Shown here piece after piece: positions 14,306-25,816 of a stretch of 45,278 bases of DNA; positions within the stretch are counted from its first letter, which is position 1; the number at the start of each line of letters is the position of its first letter. The DNA is taken from contig JAVKOQ020000002.1 of the NCBI GenBank assembly GCA_031835245.2, positions 620,001 through 665,278 on the forward strand, in the 5' to 3' direction. Below the pieces are notes generated by a model. It searched no databases. It was not told the DNA's origin and was given only the letters and a program-made list of their open reading frames with translations. Made by a program: the position numbers and the translations under genes. This stretch comes from Balamuthia mandrillaris. Lineage: Eukaryota.

Positions 14306-14937
14306 TAATACCCTCACCAATCCTGTGAACGAACAGTTGTTCATTGGATTCAGCAGATATCTACTTTTTGGTGTTTTGGGCTATACCAATCGGATCTGTT
14401 CTTTTGGTGGGAACTCTTCTCTTTTTAGCTTCATTGATACGTCTACTGCAGTACGCTCGCAAAGTGAAAGAACTGAAAAAGACGTGCGGAACATACTTTC
14501 GTGTTATCCTCTTCATCCTGATCTACCTCTGCCTCATCTCGTTCATTTTCTCCTATTCCTTGCGTGTGGTCTCCGCCAAGGACGCCATTGAAGAGGGATA
14601 CTCCGATTATTATCTATGTTTGCTATCGAGGCAACCCGACTGCTCTCTCTCCGAAGAGGTTCACAACTTTGGATTGGCTGTGTTGAGGAGCATCGGCTAT
14701 TCATCACTAGGATTGCTGCTTTTCTTCAACTTTTGCATCAGTCCTTCCATGGCCACGTTTTGGTGGAGGTTCTTCAAGCACGTGGGACAAGGCAGGTTCA
14801 GCAGCATGTTCACCAGCGAGAAGACGGGGCACACCAAGTCACCGGTATCAAAAAAGAACAAGAGCACAGCCACCAGAGACATGATCACGATGAGCGTTGA
14901 CGACGGCAGTGATGCCATAGAAGAAGTGATACCCTAA
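12387..14937 (+). CDS. Frizzled/smoothened-like 7TM receptor with signal peptide and Cys-rich ectodomain; multi-exon
   Basis: Signal peptide, Cys-rich domain (CNRLWARLVCATFLRPC, CGFICPLP), then hydrophobic helices with RQFPSNLI, CTFQGWLVQ, MWWGIVACN, FHVCGWVVP. Matches the Fsl/Fsc-type GPCR architecture of amoebozoans. Confidence 0.8.
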
Positions 14938-15287
14938 CCACCCACCTTTGTTATTGGAACATACCCACTTTGTAAATGTACAGCAAACCTTCCAAGTTTG
15001 CCTTGAACGACTTCGCATGTGAGAGATAGCGTGAACATTAGACAAAGGCAATAGTGTGCGGTGTGTTCAAGCTCGCCGCGTGTTCGCACTGTAGCCCTTG
15101 CAGGAGTAGACAAAACCAAGATAACACGTCACGCTATTCCCCTTTGTCTCTGTGGGAAAATACATGGCCCTGAAATACTTTTGTCCACGGTGTGTAAACT
15201 TGTGTCGTCCCGAGGGTAGAATCTTATTTGTAGACAGCAGCCCCCAAACGAATCAAAGGAGTAGCGACGCCGGGTAATGGCTGCCTG

Positions 15288-15558
15288 ATGGAGAGGGAGC
15301 TTGAGGGAGAACAAGAAGAGGAGGAAGAGGTGATAGAGGAAGGAGGCAACCTCTGGCCAAAGGAGCTTTCGTTCGATATCTCGGACCTACCCAACCCAAG
15401 CCCGGAGCTGGTGAAGGCCATGCAGCTGGTGGAGCAGGCCCTCCAACGGCAACAGCACTCCCCCGAAGTTGCTGACCACCTCTTTGAAAAGGCCTCCATC
15501 AACTTTCTGCAAGCCCTCAGAGGTTTTATTCCTTTTACTCGCTTCTCTCTCTCTCTCT

Positions 15559-15610
<52 letters not shown>

Positions 15611-16700
15611 TTAACTTTTCTCTTTGATCACAGTAAGCGCACCAGAAAACAAAGAAGTGGTAAGACAGATTGTCAACACTTCCATTCAAAAGATAGAGCA
15701 GGAAAGAAAGAGGTTGGGGCGCAGGACCTCCTTTTGCTCTGAAGTTCGTACCTCTGGCAATGTTGCTCCAGAAGAGGAGACGCTGCCAACCTCACCCAAA
15801 GCCACTTCTGCAACAAACATAACAACCGAACAGCAACAAAAACAAGAAAAGCAAGAAAAGAAGAAAAAGAAAAAGGAGAAGGATTCAAAGAAAAAGGTGG
15901 AGAAGAAAAAAGAAGTAAATGTAAAAGTAAAAGTAAAAGTGGCAGCAAAGATAGAACAACCACCACCACGACCATCAACAGTAACTGGCAAACACTCTCT
16001 ACCGTCTTCGAAAAAGACAGATAATAAGAACTCGGATGACAGCAAAAGCAAGAACGAGAGGCGACAAGAAAGAGACAAACAAGCCAACAAGAGCGCGAAG
16101 AAAGGCAGAAGCCATTCCGTGTTCGAGTTGAGGCGAAGCAATGATAAGAACTGCTACAGCGAAAGTGCTACATCTAACTCTCTGCTTGGCAAAGAGAGTG
16201 GTCGGCGCAGTCGTAGTAGAACTCAAGTGAAGACTGACAACCAACAAGAAACGAAGGAAGGCAGAACTGAAAAAACGGCGAACATGAAAGCGCTGCCTGG
16301 AAATATCCAAGAGAAAAAACGACCACGAAATGATGCCATAGAGAAAGAAGAGGACGAGCCAGATTCACGGGTGGAAGTTAGAGTCGAGTCGCCTCCGGTG
16401 GAAACTCGGGTCTCTTCATTCCCTCCTAACTCTTCAATACATTCCACTACTACTGCCACCACCTCTACCGGCATGAAGCGGGTTCCTGGTTAGCTTTACA
16501 CTGTCTTTTCTTTTTTTGAATATATTTCTACAGAGAAAGAAGAGAGAAATGACCCGTTGTTGTATGTAGACTTTATTCTGTATTGTTCTGACTAAGCCAT
16601 TTGTCCTTGTCTTCTCTTCTTTTCTTTGCTCAAAACGAGAGAGCGAGAGAGCGTGAGAGAGAACACCAAGCACGGGCCTTGAGCCATTTGAGTTCCTCTC
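15288..16700 (+). CDS. Hypothetical protein: N-terminal MIT-like three-helix region and long charged low-complexity tail; 3' end uncertain
   Basis: Exons 15288-15522 and ~15634-16489 join across a (CT)n intron. LVKAMQLVEQAL..LFEKASINFLQAL..KEVVRQIV resembles an MIT helical pattern (inference). Confidence 0.5.
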
Positions 16701-16832
16701 TAAAAATTTCCAAGAAAACGCAAGTGGGTAACGAAAAAAATTATGCCTTGCAACAGAAAAAAGAAGGAAAGAAGAAAGGGGTGCAGTGCGTGGCAGTAAT
16801 TTTTTTTCTGGAGAATAGAGAAAAACAAAAGC

Positions 16833-18496
16833 ATGAACAAACGCAGGTTGGACAACAAGGAGAACCAAAAGGCAAAAGACTCGAACCCCACTCAACTCAA
16901 AAAACAAAAAACGCTTTCAGAAACTCGACCAAGCAGATGTTGGTTTGAGGAGCTGTTGCCGGAAGAACTTTTGTGCCACGTTTTGGGGATGGTGCCTGAA
17001 GGGATGGCAGCAGTGGCCGCTCGGACTTGCCGCCGTTGGTTCGTTGCTGCCCAAAAGCTCTTCGCTACCGGCTCACCTGCGAAGTGGCCAGCAGCCGCCT
17101 TCCGCTTCTACGATGGGCCTTGCTCAATGGCTATCATTTGGACAACAAAAAGTCCAGCGTGCGCGCAGCCGAGGCAGGCGCTGTGGACGTCTTGGAATAC
17201 ATTTGGGGACAGAAAATGAATGACCATCTGGTGGATCCGCTGGGCAGCAGCGCGTTTTGCGCGGCGGCGGCGAAGGCTGGACACTTTGACACACTGCTGT
17301 GGCTGCGAGAGCACGGTGACTGCCATTGGGGCGTCGACACCTGCGCTGCCGCAGCAAGCAACGGACATATGCAAGTGCTGCAGTCACTCCGTAGCCACGG
17401 TTGCCGTTGGAGCGTGCATACTTGCTCAGCTGCAGCGTTGGGAGGGCATTTGGACGTGCTGAAATGGGCAAGGGAACAAGGATGCCCGTGGAGCACCCAG
17501 ACAACCGCTAATGCAGCGCGGGGAGGCCACATGGAAGTGTTGCAGTGGTTGCTAGCAAACAGGTGTCCTTGGAACAAGAAGGCATGTGGCGCCGCTGCCG
17601 CGTCCGGGCGTTTGGAGGTTCTAAAGTGGTTAAGAGAGCAAGGATGCCCGTTTGATTGCGACACCTTTACGATGGCAGCCAAAGGAGGCAACTTCGAAGT
17701 GGTGCAATGGTTGGAGGAACAAGGTTGTATGATGGATTCTACGAGACTACGGGCTGAAGCTGCAAAAGAGGGCCACGTGAAGATCCTGCAGTGGCTTTGG
17801 GACAAGAACGAATGGAGCAAATCGGGTGAGGCACGGCTTTACTACCTTGCCGCAGCAGGAGGCCATTTGGAAGTGGTGAAATGGATGCATGGAAAAGGGT
17901 GTGACTTGACCAACGAGTGTCTATTGGGCTTTCACGCTGCTAAACGTGGCCACATGGCGGTCTTGAAGTGGGCGAGGAAGCAAGGCTTAGATTGCTCGGG
18001 GGTTTGTGGTGGGGCCATAACAGGAGGCCACGTAGGAGTACTGAGGTGGGCACGGGCGAAGGGCTATCCTTGGCTAGGATGCAAGTACGAGATTAGCGAC
18101 GCTATCAGATTAGCCAACTGGAATGTACTGAAGTGGGCCAGTGAGAACGACTATCCGCGTGGAGATTGGTGCAAAATAGCAGCATCTTATCGCAGATTGG
18201 ACATGCTGAAGTGGCTGCGGGAACAAGGCTGCCCTTGGGACAACGACACTTGTGCGGAGGCGGCATCGACAGGCAACCTGGAAATGCTGATATGGGCACG
18301 AGAGAATGGGTGTCCTTGGGACGAGGCTTGCATTCGACGATCCGCTAGGTCTGGCCATTGGCACGTGGTGGAGTGGGCTGTGGAGCATGGGTGCCCTTAT
18401 GATGCAACTGCTCTGCGTATGAATTGTGTTGAGGTCTGGCCCACGCTTCGACTGGTTCTTCTTGAAAAAACTCGCAAGGGAAAGAAGCAAGCATAA
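16833..18496 (+). CDS. Intronless F-box-like plus ankyrin-repeat protein (WLREQGCPW type) with a 1-nt frameshift near 17053-17056 (pseudogene or sequencing error)
   Basis: ORF 16833 carries F-box-like LPEELLCHVL..ARTCRRW. ORF 17027 carries many repeats of the form CxxAAxxGHLEVLKWxREQGCPW. Adding one A to CCCAAAAG joins the two frames. Confidence 0.85.
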
Positions 18497-18868
18497 TGGC
18501 ATTGTTATTTCTTTTTTTTCTGCCTTGCTGATTACCCAACAGCTCCCAACACAACAAAAAAAAGACGACAGTCAAGAACAAACAACAGCTGTCGGGTTCG
18601 TAAGAGCAAAAGGATGAACAGCCAAGCCACCGGCGTGTTCTTCATCCTAAGGCCTTAGTGGTGATATATGAAAAAAGGGAGAAGGCGAACAACTTTTTTT
18701 ATTTCACGTCGTCACGAACGTCCAGTCTCCGGTGAAAAGAAAACAGAGAAGCGGCTTCGAGGCAGTGGCGGAGGAGGAAGGAGGAGAACCGAGACGGCCT
18801 TCTTTCCGTAGAGCTTGCAACAATCGTCTCTCTCTCATTTTTTTTTTTTACATTCCTTCGGTGTGACC

Positions 18869-20147
18869 ATGAAGGAGCAGTATGACGAGATAGAGGGGGC
18901 AGAAGGCGCCACCTATTCTCCAGAGAACCAACAGCTGTCGGTGGTAGGCAAAGGCCTGGCCTCCGTTCCTGCCGGTCTTGCAGAGCGCTATGGCAGCACG
19001 GTGCGGCGGTTGGACCTCAGCCACAATGCTCTTACGTGCGTTTTAAAAACCTTTGCTTTGTGTAAAAAGCATTTTTGTTTTAATGTTTTTTTGCTTTTAA
19101 TACATGACACAGGGACTTGAGCGGGCTGAAGGGCTTCAGTCGATTGGATTCTCTTGTGCTTGACTGTAACCAACTCTCCGAGGATCCCAGCTTTCCTTCT
19201 CTTCCTTCTCTCCGCACCCTGTGTGCCAACGACAACAACGTACCTCTGCTACTCTATTCTTCCACCCTCTCTGATACTCATTCTCTGCCTTGCGGATCTT
19301 CTTTGTCTTTTTGGTAATACAGATCGAAGAATTAGAGGTTTTCCTTGAAAAAGTGGAAAAGGCATTGCCCAGTCTTACATATCTCAGTCTTCTAAAGAAC
19401 CCTTGCTGTCCAAATTACTTTACCGGCAAAGATCAGGAAGACTATCAAAGATATAGGTGCCGTACTCTTCTCCGCCTTTGAGGCAGTCTTCTCTTCTCTT
19501 CTCTTCTCTTCTCTTCTCTTCTCTTCTCTTCTCTTCTCTTCTCTTCTCTTCTCTTCTCTTCTCTTCTCTTCTCTTCTCTTCTCTTCTTCTCTTCTCTTCT
19601 CTTCTCTTCTCTTCTCTTCTCTTCTCTTCTCTTCTCTTCTCTTCTCTTCTCTTCTCTTCTCTTCTCTTCTCTTCTCTTCTCTTCTCTGCTGCTAAACTTT
19701 GTAATTCCCTTCGCCTTTCATTCTTCTCTGCTTCTCTGCTTCTGTAAATGAATGTACAGGTACTTTGTGATATATAAGCTACAAGGCTTGAAGTTTTTGG
19801 ATTCATCGGCAGTCACAGATACAGAACGGCAGGAGGCGAAGCGGGTTGGCAAGTTTGTGGGACGGGTGGCGCGGCCAGCTGAAGACCAGTACAACAAACC
19901 ACCCGACCCAACGTTTGTAGCCGATGAGAGCCTTCCCGCTTTGCCAGCTGACTTGCGACCTGTAGAGCCTCCCTCAAAGGCTTACTTTGGCAAGAGCAAA
20001 TATGTACGTCTCTTCTCTCATTTCGTCTGTGTTTACATCTCTTATTCGTGTTAACCCTTTCGCTTCTTTCTTTTGTTTGCAACCAAAAAGGTATATTATG
20101 GGCGGCAATCAGAGGGCAACCGTTTCATTCTCAACGACGATCTGTAG
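18869..20147 (+). CDS. LRMDA: Leucine-rich repeat protein, LRMDA (C10orf11) homolog; multi-exon
   Basis: LRRs RLDLSHNAL and LVLDCNQL, LRR cap LTYLSLLKNPCCPN..DYQRYRYFVIYKL..LKFLDS, and the family-typical C-terminus YYGRQSEGNRFILNDDL*. Confidence 0.82.
19487..19687 (+). repeat. (CTCTT)n pentanucleotide microsatellite, about 40 copies, inside an LRMDA intron
   Basis: Directly visible; one short phase slip near 19585. Confidence 0.97.
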
Positions 20148-20411
20148 CCACGTTCATAGCTGCACTTTTTTTTTTCTCTTTTTCGTTAGGGTTATCTTCT
20201 ACTGTTGGGCTGACGAACGAAATAACATTTTTGAATGCTATCATTTGAGTTGGTGCGGTAAACAGAGAGCAATGGTGAACCAAATACGTCAGGTACACAG
20301 CACAAAGCTACTAGAGACAAATACACAAAAGTGAAATTGTTCAAGTAGAGAAGGAACAAAACAATACCAGGAAGAAAGAAGACGGGAAACACAGACAAAA
20401 AGATGGTATCA

Positions 20412-20653
20412 TCATTCCACCATGCGCCGATAGGAAGGAGTAGCAGCCTCGTATTCTGGCAGAAACAAAGATTTTCGGTTGCGATCCAGATAGCTATAAA
20501 TGCAGTGGTTAGTTAACAACCAATACAAAACGGAGGAATCTTTCAGACCTAAGAATGTCGTTCAACTTTTGAGCGAGAAGCTTTTTAGCATCATCTTCCA
20601 TTTCAACACCGTCCAATAGCTCCGGTAACTTGACTGTTTCAAAAGACATTAAG

Positions 20654-20696
<43 letters not shown>

Positions 20697-20972
20697 ACGA
20701 AAAGGATTGGATACCAAATAGCCGAAGTAGATGCTCAGCTCCATAAAGTTCTGATGGCGGTACGTTTTTGTTTTTCTTAAAAACCTCACTGAACTGCATT
20801 CGTTCAAAGCGATAGAGCAAAAGAGAACCTAACGCTTTGTCGAAATACAGACGAACACCTTCTACCACTTCATCAAATGTGTTACTGTCTGTGCTTGATC
20901 CTGCTTCCTGATTCCTCTCTGTGGAATCTGCAGTTTCCGTCATGCTAAGAAACAAATTGAATGAGACACAAG

Positions 20973-21013
<41 letters not shown>

Positions 21014-21301
21014 GAAGCGAGACAGAGAGAGTCAATTACTCTGAAAATTGTAATGGTTTTAACTCGGCAACGTATGCTTTAAGGATGTCAGCAACATTGG
21101 GTGTTCTTGGCAGCGGTACCAGCTACACATGTTATTGTTTTTGTGTTACAATGATTATTTTCGGTGTTTTTACTGCTTAGAAACAAGTGCGTACCGATTT
21201 ATCCCTGATGAAGCCATGGTCTTTGACCAGTCTTTTTCGTAATCCTAACGGGATATCCAGCTGAAAGTTTGTCTTTTTGTCCTGGTAGAGGTAATAAATA
21301 T

Positions 21302-21332
<31 letters not shown>

Positions 21333-21965
21333 GAGCACGAAACAAAAACAATGCAACACAAGATCAAATACCAAAGAAAAGCAAATACAAAAACAAAAAA
21401 AAAACGAATGAAACAAGCACAAAAACAATTGGGAGAGTATAGTTGCCATCTCAGAAGCTTTGCGTTTTTTGCCTTTGGGCCACCCTCTTTTCTTTTTGGT
21501 GCTGCGCATTTCCTCATTCAATTTCTTGCGCAGCGCTTTGTTCTCGTCATTATATTTGAGCATCCTTGTCTCGTCCACCCATTCATCCCACCTTCACAAT
21601 ATTTCCATTATTGAGCGAGAGAGCGAGAGAGCGAGAGAGCGGAGAGAGAGAGAGATACTAGTGCCGAATAGAGAGTAGAGTAGAACGTATGCAAACACAG
21701 ACAAGAAAGTGAGAGTTTTGGAGAGCACGCACCTTTCTTTCCAGCCTTGGTAATGAATAAAATAAAAGGGCTTCCGTGCGCCCAGCCTATTTTTATCGTT
21801 GTCCGGTCGCAGCTCTTTTTTCAATACCTGTGAACAATAGTTTAGGGCGGGTTTTATTGTTTCAATGTTTTAAAAAAAATGGCGTACCTTGGCTTCATAG
21901 ATAAGGGACTGGTGATACGCCAATATCTTCTCCCCGGTCTCAAAGTTTCCACCGCTTGCCTGCAT
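20412..21965 (-). CDS. EAF3: MRG15/Eaf3 chromatin protein (chromo-barrel plus MRG domain); multi-exon
   Basis: GEKILAYHQSLIYEAKV, YFIHYQGWKERWDEWV; MRG motifs LVPLPRTPNVADIL, EGVRLYFDKALGSLLLYRFER, PSELYGAEHLLRLF; stop at 20412-20414. Confidence 0.92.
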
Positions 21966-22245
21966 ATGAGCCCCGCTTGTCGTCTGCCTTGGGGTGGGAC
22001 TTGGCGGTCGAGTAGCTACTTGTTTCGAATGCCCCGACGAGACGGAGACCAAAGCAAGATTCTCTTTCTTTTTGCTAGCGACTTTCCGGGACGACGCGAA
22101 ATAATTATCCTAAACTTTTCCAAATCAAGTTTATGCTTGAGGGGGCGTAGAAAGAATTTATCCGAATTAGCCCAAATCAAAAAGCAAAGCCAACAACAAG
22201 GAGAAGAAGGGGAGCAGGACTTTGCCCGAAGCACTTGTCGGCAGG

Positions 22246-24048
22246 ATGGCTTCCTCCAAGGACTTTAAGTCACGAGATGATTGGAGAAAGGAGAAAGAGC
22301 TCGAGGAAGCTCGAAAGGCTGGCACAGCAGCACCCTTGCAAGATGAGGAGGGAAATGACATCAATCCTCACATTCCGCAGTACATTGCGCAGGCTCCCTG
22401 GTACCTCAACCGTCAAGCCCCTTCCTTGAAACATCAGCGCGTTCAGAAGGAGAAAGGGGAAACCGCAAAGCTGGGTGAATGGTACCTTCGAGGAGCGTTC
22501 AAAGGACCAGCGGCCAAGGGCTATCGCAAAGGTGCCTGCGCCAATTGTGGCGCTATGACACACAAAACAAATGTAAGAAGCACTCTTCCTGCCCTTTTCT
22601 TTTTTTTTTCTTTTGCTTAGCGGTAGCACTTACTTAATCTTCCATAGGATTGCTTTGATAGACCACGTAAGAAGGGAGCTAAATGGACAGGGAGCGACAT
22701 AAAACCAGACGAAGTCGTAGTGGACGTAAACCTGGACTATGAAGGCAAACGAGATCGCTGGAACGGTTACGATCCGGATGCCCACCAGGACCTCATCAAA
22801 CGCTACGAAAGAACAGAGGAAGAACGGCGAAGACTCAAAGCGGAAGCGTTAAGTGCTAAACTGGTCGCCTCTCAGTCGGAAAGCTCCGAGCAACAACAGC
22901 AACAAAAGGAGGAGGAAGAGAAAAAGTTAGTACCAGAGGAGGAGGAAGAAGACTTTGAAGGAGCCAACGACTACAAAGAAGATGGCTCCGTTTTGCAATC
23001 GAAAGACCCACGCACGCGCACAACCATTCGAAACCTAAGGATTCGCGAAGACACAGCCAAGTACCTGCGGAACTTGTCTTTGGACTCGGCCTACTACGAT
23101 CCCAAGACGAGGTCCATGAGAGAAAACCCGAACCCGCATCTCCCTCCTGAGAATCAACTTTACCTCGGAGACAACTTTGTGCGAAAGACGGGAGATACTC
23201 TCAAGTTTGGTCAAGTGCAAAGATTTGCGTGGGAGGCCTACGAAAAGGGTCAAGACATTCACGTGCAAGCCACACCATCGCAGGCCGAGCTGCTCTATCA
23301 GCGCTATAAGCAGAAGAAAGAGGACCTGAAATCGTTGCAAAAAGAGGCGGTGCTGAAGAAGTACGGTGGAGAGGAGCACCTGGCTGCTCTTCCGCCAGAA
23401 CTGCTGTATGCTCAAACGGAAGAGTACAGAGAGTACGCTCGAGATGGAACGTTAATCAAAGGGCAGGAGAGCAAAGTGGCCGTATCGAGCAAATACGAAG
23501 AGGATGTCTTTCGCAACAATCACACTTCTGTGTGGGGTTCTTACTGGGAAAGTGGCGAATGGGGTTACGCTTGTTGCAAGCAAACCATCCGCAACTCGTT
23601 CTGTACCGGAGAGGCTGGACGTAGGGCCAAGGAGGCTTCCAACAGAGCTCAACGCACTATTCCTCCTCCTCAACAACAGCAATTGCAGCAACAACAGGTT
23701 AAGAAAGAAGAGGAAGAGGAGGAAGAAGAGGAAGATCAGAAACAAAAGGCCGACTCTAAAACGAGCAAGAACAAAAGCAAGAGTAAGAGCAAAAAGGGCA
23801 AAGGCAAGCGGAGAAGATCAGAAGACGAGGAGGAGGACAAGGACGAGAAGTTGCGAAAGGCGATAGAGGCAGAAGAAAGAAGAAGCAAAGAATACGTTGA
23901 AAAAGACGAGAGAAAGCGGGCTTACAATTCGTTGAATAGCAATAACCTGGCCCCGACAGAGGAAGAGATGGAGGCCTACCGTCTCAAGAGAACGCGTTGG
24001 GAAGATCCCATGCGAGCTTTTTTAGATGCAAAAGAGCACAAGCCTTAA
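22246..24048 (+). CDS. SLU7: Pre-mRNA splicing factor SLU7; one intron (~22573-22648)
   Basis: [32 protein letters not shown], zinc knuckle [48 protein letters not shown]. Divergent from EAF3 across ~280 bp. Confidence 0.97.
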
Positions 24049-24136
24049 CACAGGTCGTTGTTATTATTTGCTTTTGAACGACAATCTGTTACTTTAACGT
24101 CTCTTTTCTATTCATGGTTACTTTGCCTTGCATGTT

Positions 24137-25590
24137 CTAAAAGGATGAGACAAGGTTTGGCATAGCAGCCCACCATATCAAGTCGATTTGCACGTAAAAG
24201 CAGTCGTACACTTTCGTGTAAAAGATCTTGACGTGCAGGTCCTCCTCCTGCCGCAGGCGTTCTGCGACGAGTCGCTGAAAAAATGTATCACGAAGGTGTT
24301 CACAAACCTCTTAACCCACCATGAAGTTAGATAATGAGAACTTTAGTTCAAGGGGGCAACTTTTTTACCTTTATGGCACCGCACAAAAACATTCGTACCA
24401 GCATCGTTCTTCAACACTCCTTGCAAAGACTTCATGTTGTTCTGAATGTAATCTTCTGACTTGAACAACCTTATTGATACTTCCTCATTGAATTTTCTCT
24501 TGATCTTTTTCTCTGCTTTCCATTCTTGCAAGACATCTCTCAATAATTCCACCAAATGTTGATAGAGCCGTTCAGTCAGCCTAAGGGTGGACATGTGGTG
24601 TTTTTTCACTTCTGTTGTTACTTCTGCTCCTGATACAGAAAGAACGATGAGAACAGGGAAGAGAAGAGTTGATGAGAGAGAGAAGAGTAGAATACCCAAG
24701 GTTGGGTTCCTATCTTGCAAAAGCGGGAAGCCCCAGTATTTGAGCTCTTGTGTCCATAACTGACTTCCAACGGATAGAGGTTTTTCAGGCGGTGCGTTCC
24801 CACCCGATCTGTAGTAAGCCAGAACAGCGGCAAAAGCAGCACTGTCTCTGTCAAAGAAGTACTCAGGTAAAGAGGAAGACGAGAGAGGGTCTATCTTTCG
24901 GCGCAAACTGGCATTACGTGGATTGAACATTGTGCCTAACATTGTGTCTGGATGTCTCTGAAGAGTTGAAACAAAGGTTTGGAATTTGGTGCCGCCAACA
25001 TTGAGTAGTACCATCTCTTCGCTCTCTTCTTCTTTTTCGTTTTCTATTTTTTCGGTTTCGTCTCCTTTCTTTCTCTCATTACCGAAGACTTGCATCCATG
25101 TCTCCACGTGGTTGTCAACAGTTTGTAACATAACCTGGCTGATGTGTTCGGCCATATTCAACCTTTCTTGCAGCGATGTGGACTGTTTCCTGCCTTCTTC
25201 GTGTAGCTGCTGAACAAGTGCGTCTAGGTTTTGTCGAAGGCCTTTCCAATGGCGATGGCGTTCTTCTTCTTCAGCCATCATTTCTTGATGGGACTGTTGT
25301 AGCTGTTGTGACAGAGTCCGGGTTGTGGTGATGACCTCTTGCAGTTCATTCTCGAGGCGTTGCAGCGCAGCTTTACTGCGCTCCTCCATCTCACACTCTC
25401 TTCGCTGTTGTCTTTCTTCAATTTCTGCCTCCTTAGCTCGAATACGAGCTTCCCAGAGGTCTTCATTTCTGTGGTGCTCTTCTGCCATTCGCCGATTTAC
25501 TTCGTCAGCAACAACCCGTCGAATCCATTCCTTGGTCTCATCCGATTCTTCCTTCTCTTTGTCTTTAAGGGGTTTCTTTTTCTTGAACAT
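24137..25590 (-). CDS. Coiled-coil plus BTB/POZ (KCTD/T1-type) protein; multi-exon
   Basis: Long coiled coil, then VLLNVGGTKFQTFVSTLQRHPDTMLGTMF..EYFFDRD..FAAVLAYYRSG..QELKYWG. Last exon inferred by splicing at ~24398/24311 to TAG at 24137. Confidence 0.82.
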
Positions 25591-25640
25591 GATTCCTTGT
25601 TGTTCTCTCTCTCTCCTCTCTCGCTCTCTCTCCTCTCTCG

Positions 25641-25684
<44 letters not shown>

Positions 25685-25816
25685 TCTCTTCCCTCTCCCT
25701 CTCTCTCTTCTCTCTCTCTCTCTGTGAGGGGAACGTGTATCTCGCTACTCTCATTAGTCACTTTAATTACGAGAGATTGGGTCTGACAATGATGAGTTCA
25801 TTTCTGCTAATCTTGG

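Noticed and set aside
17045..17060. Programmed -1 ribosomal frameshift in the ankyrin gene
   Set aside because: No X XXY YYZ heptamer in the zero frame (GCC CAA AAG); an indel error or mutation is simpler.
19420..19806. ORFs with EKRR or LLFSS repeats
   Set aside because: Translations of the intronic (CTCTT)n microsatellite.
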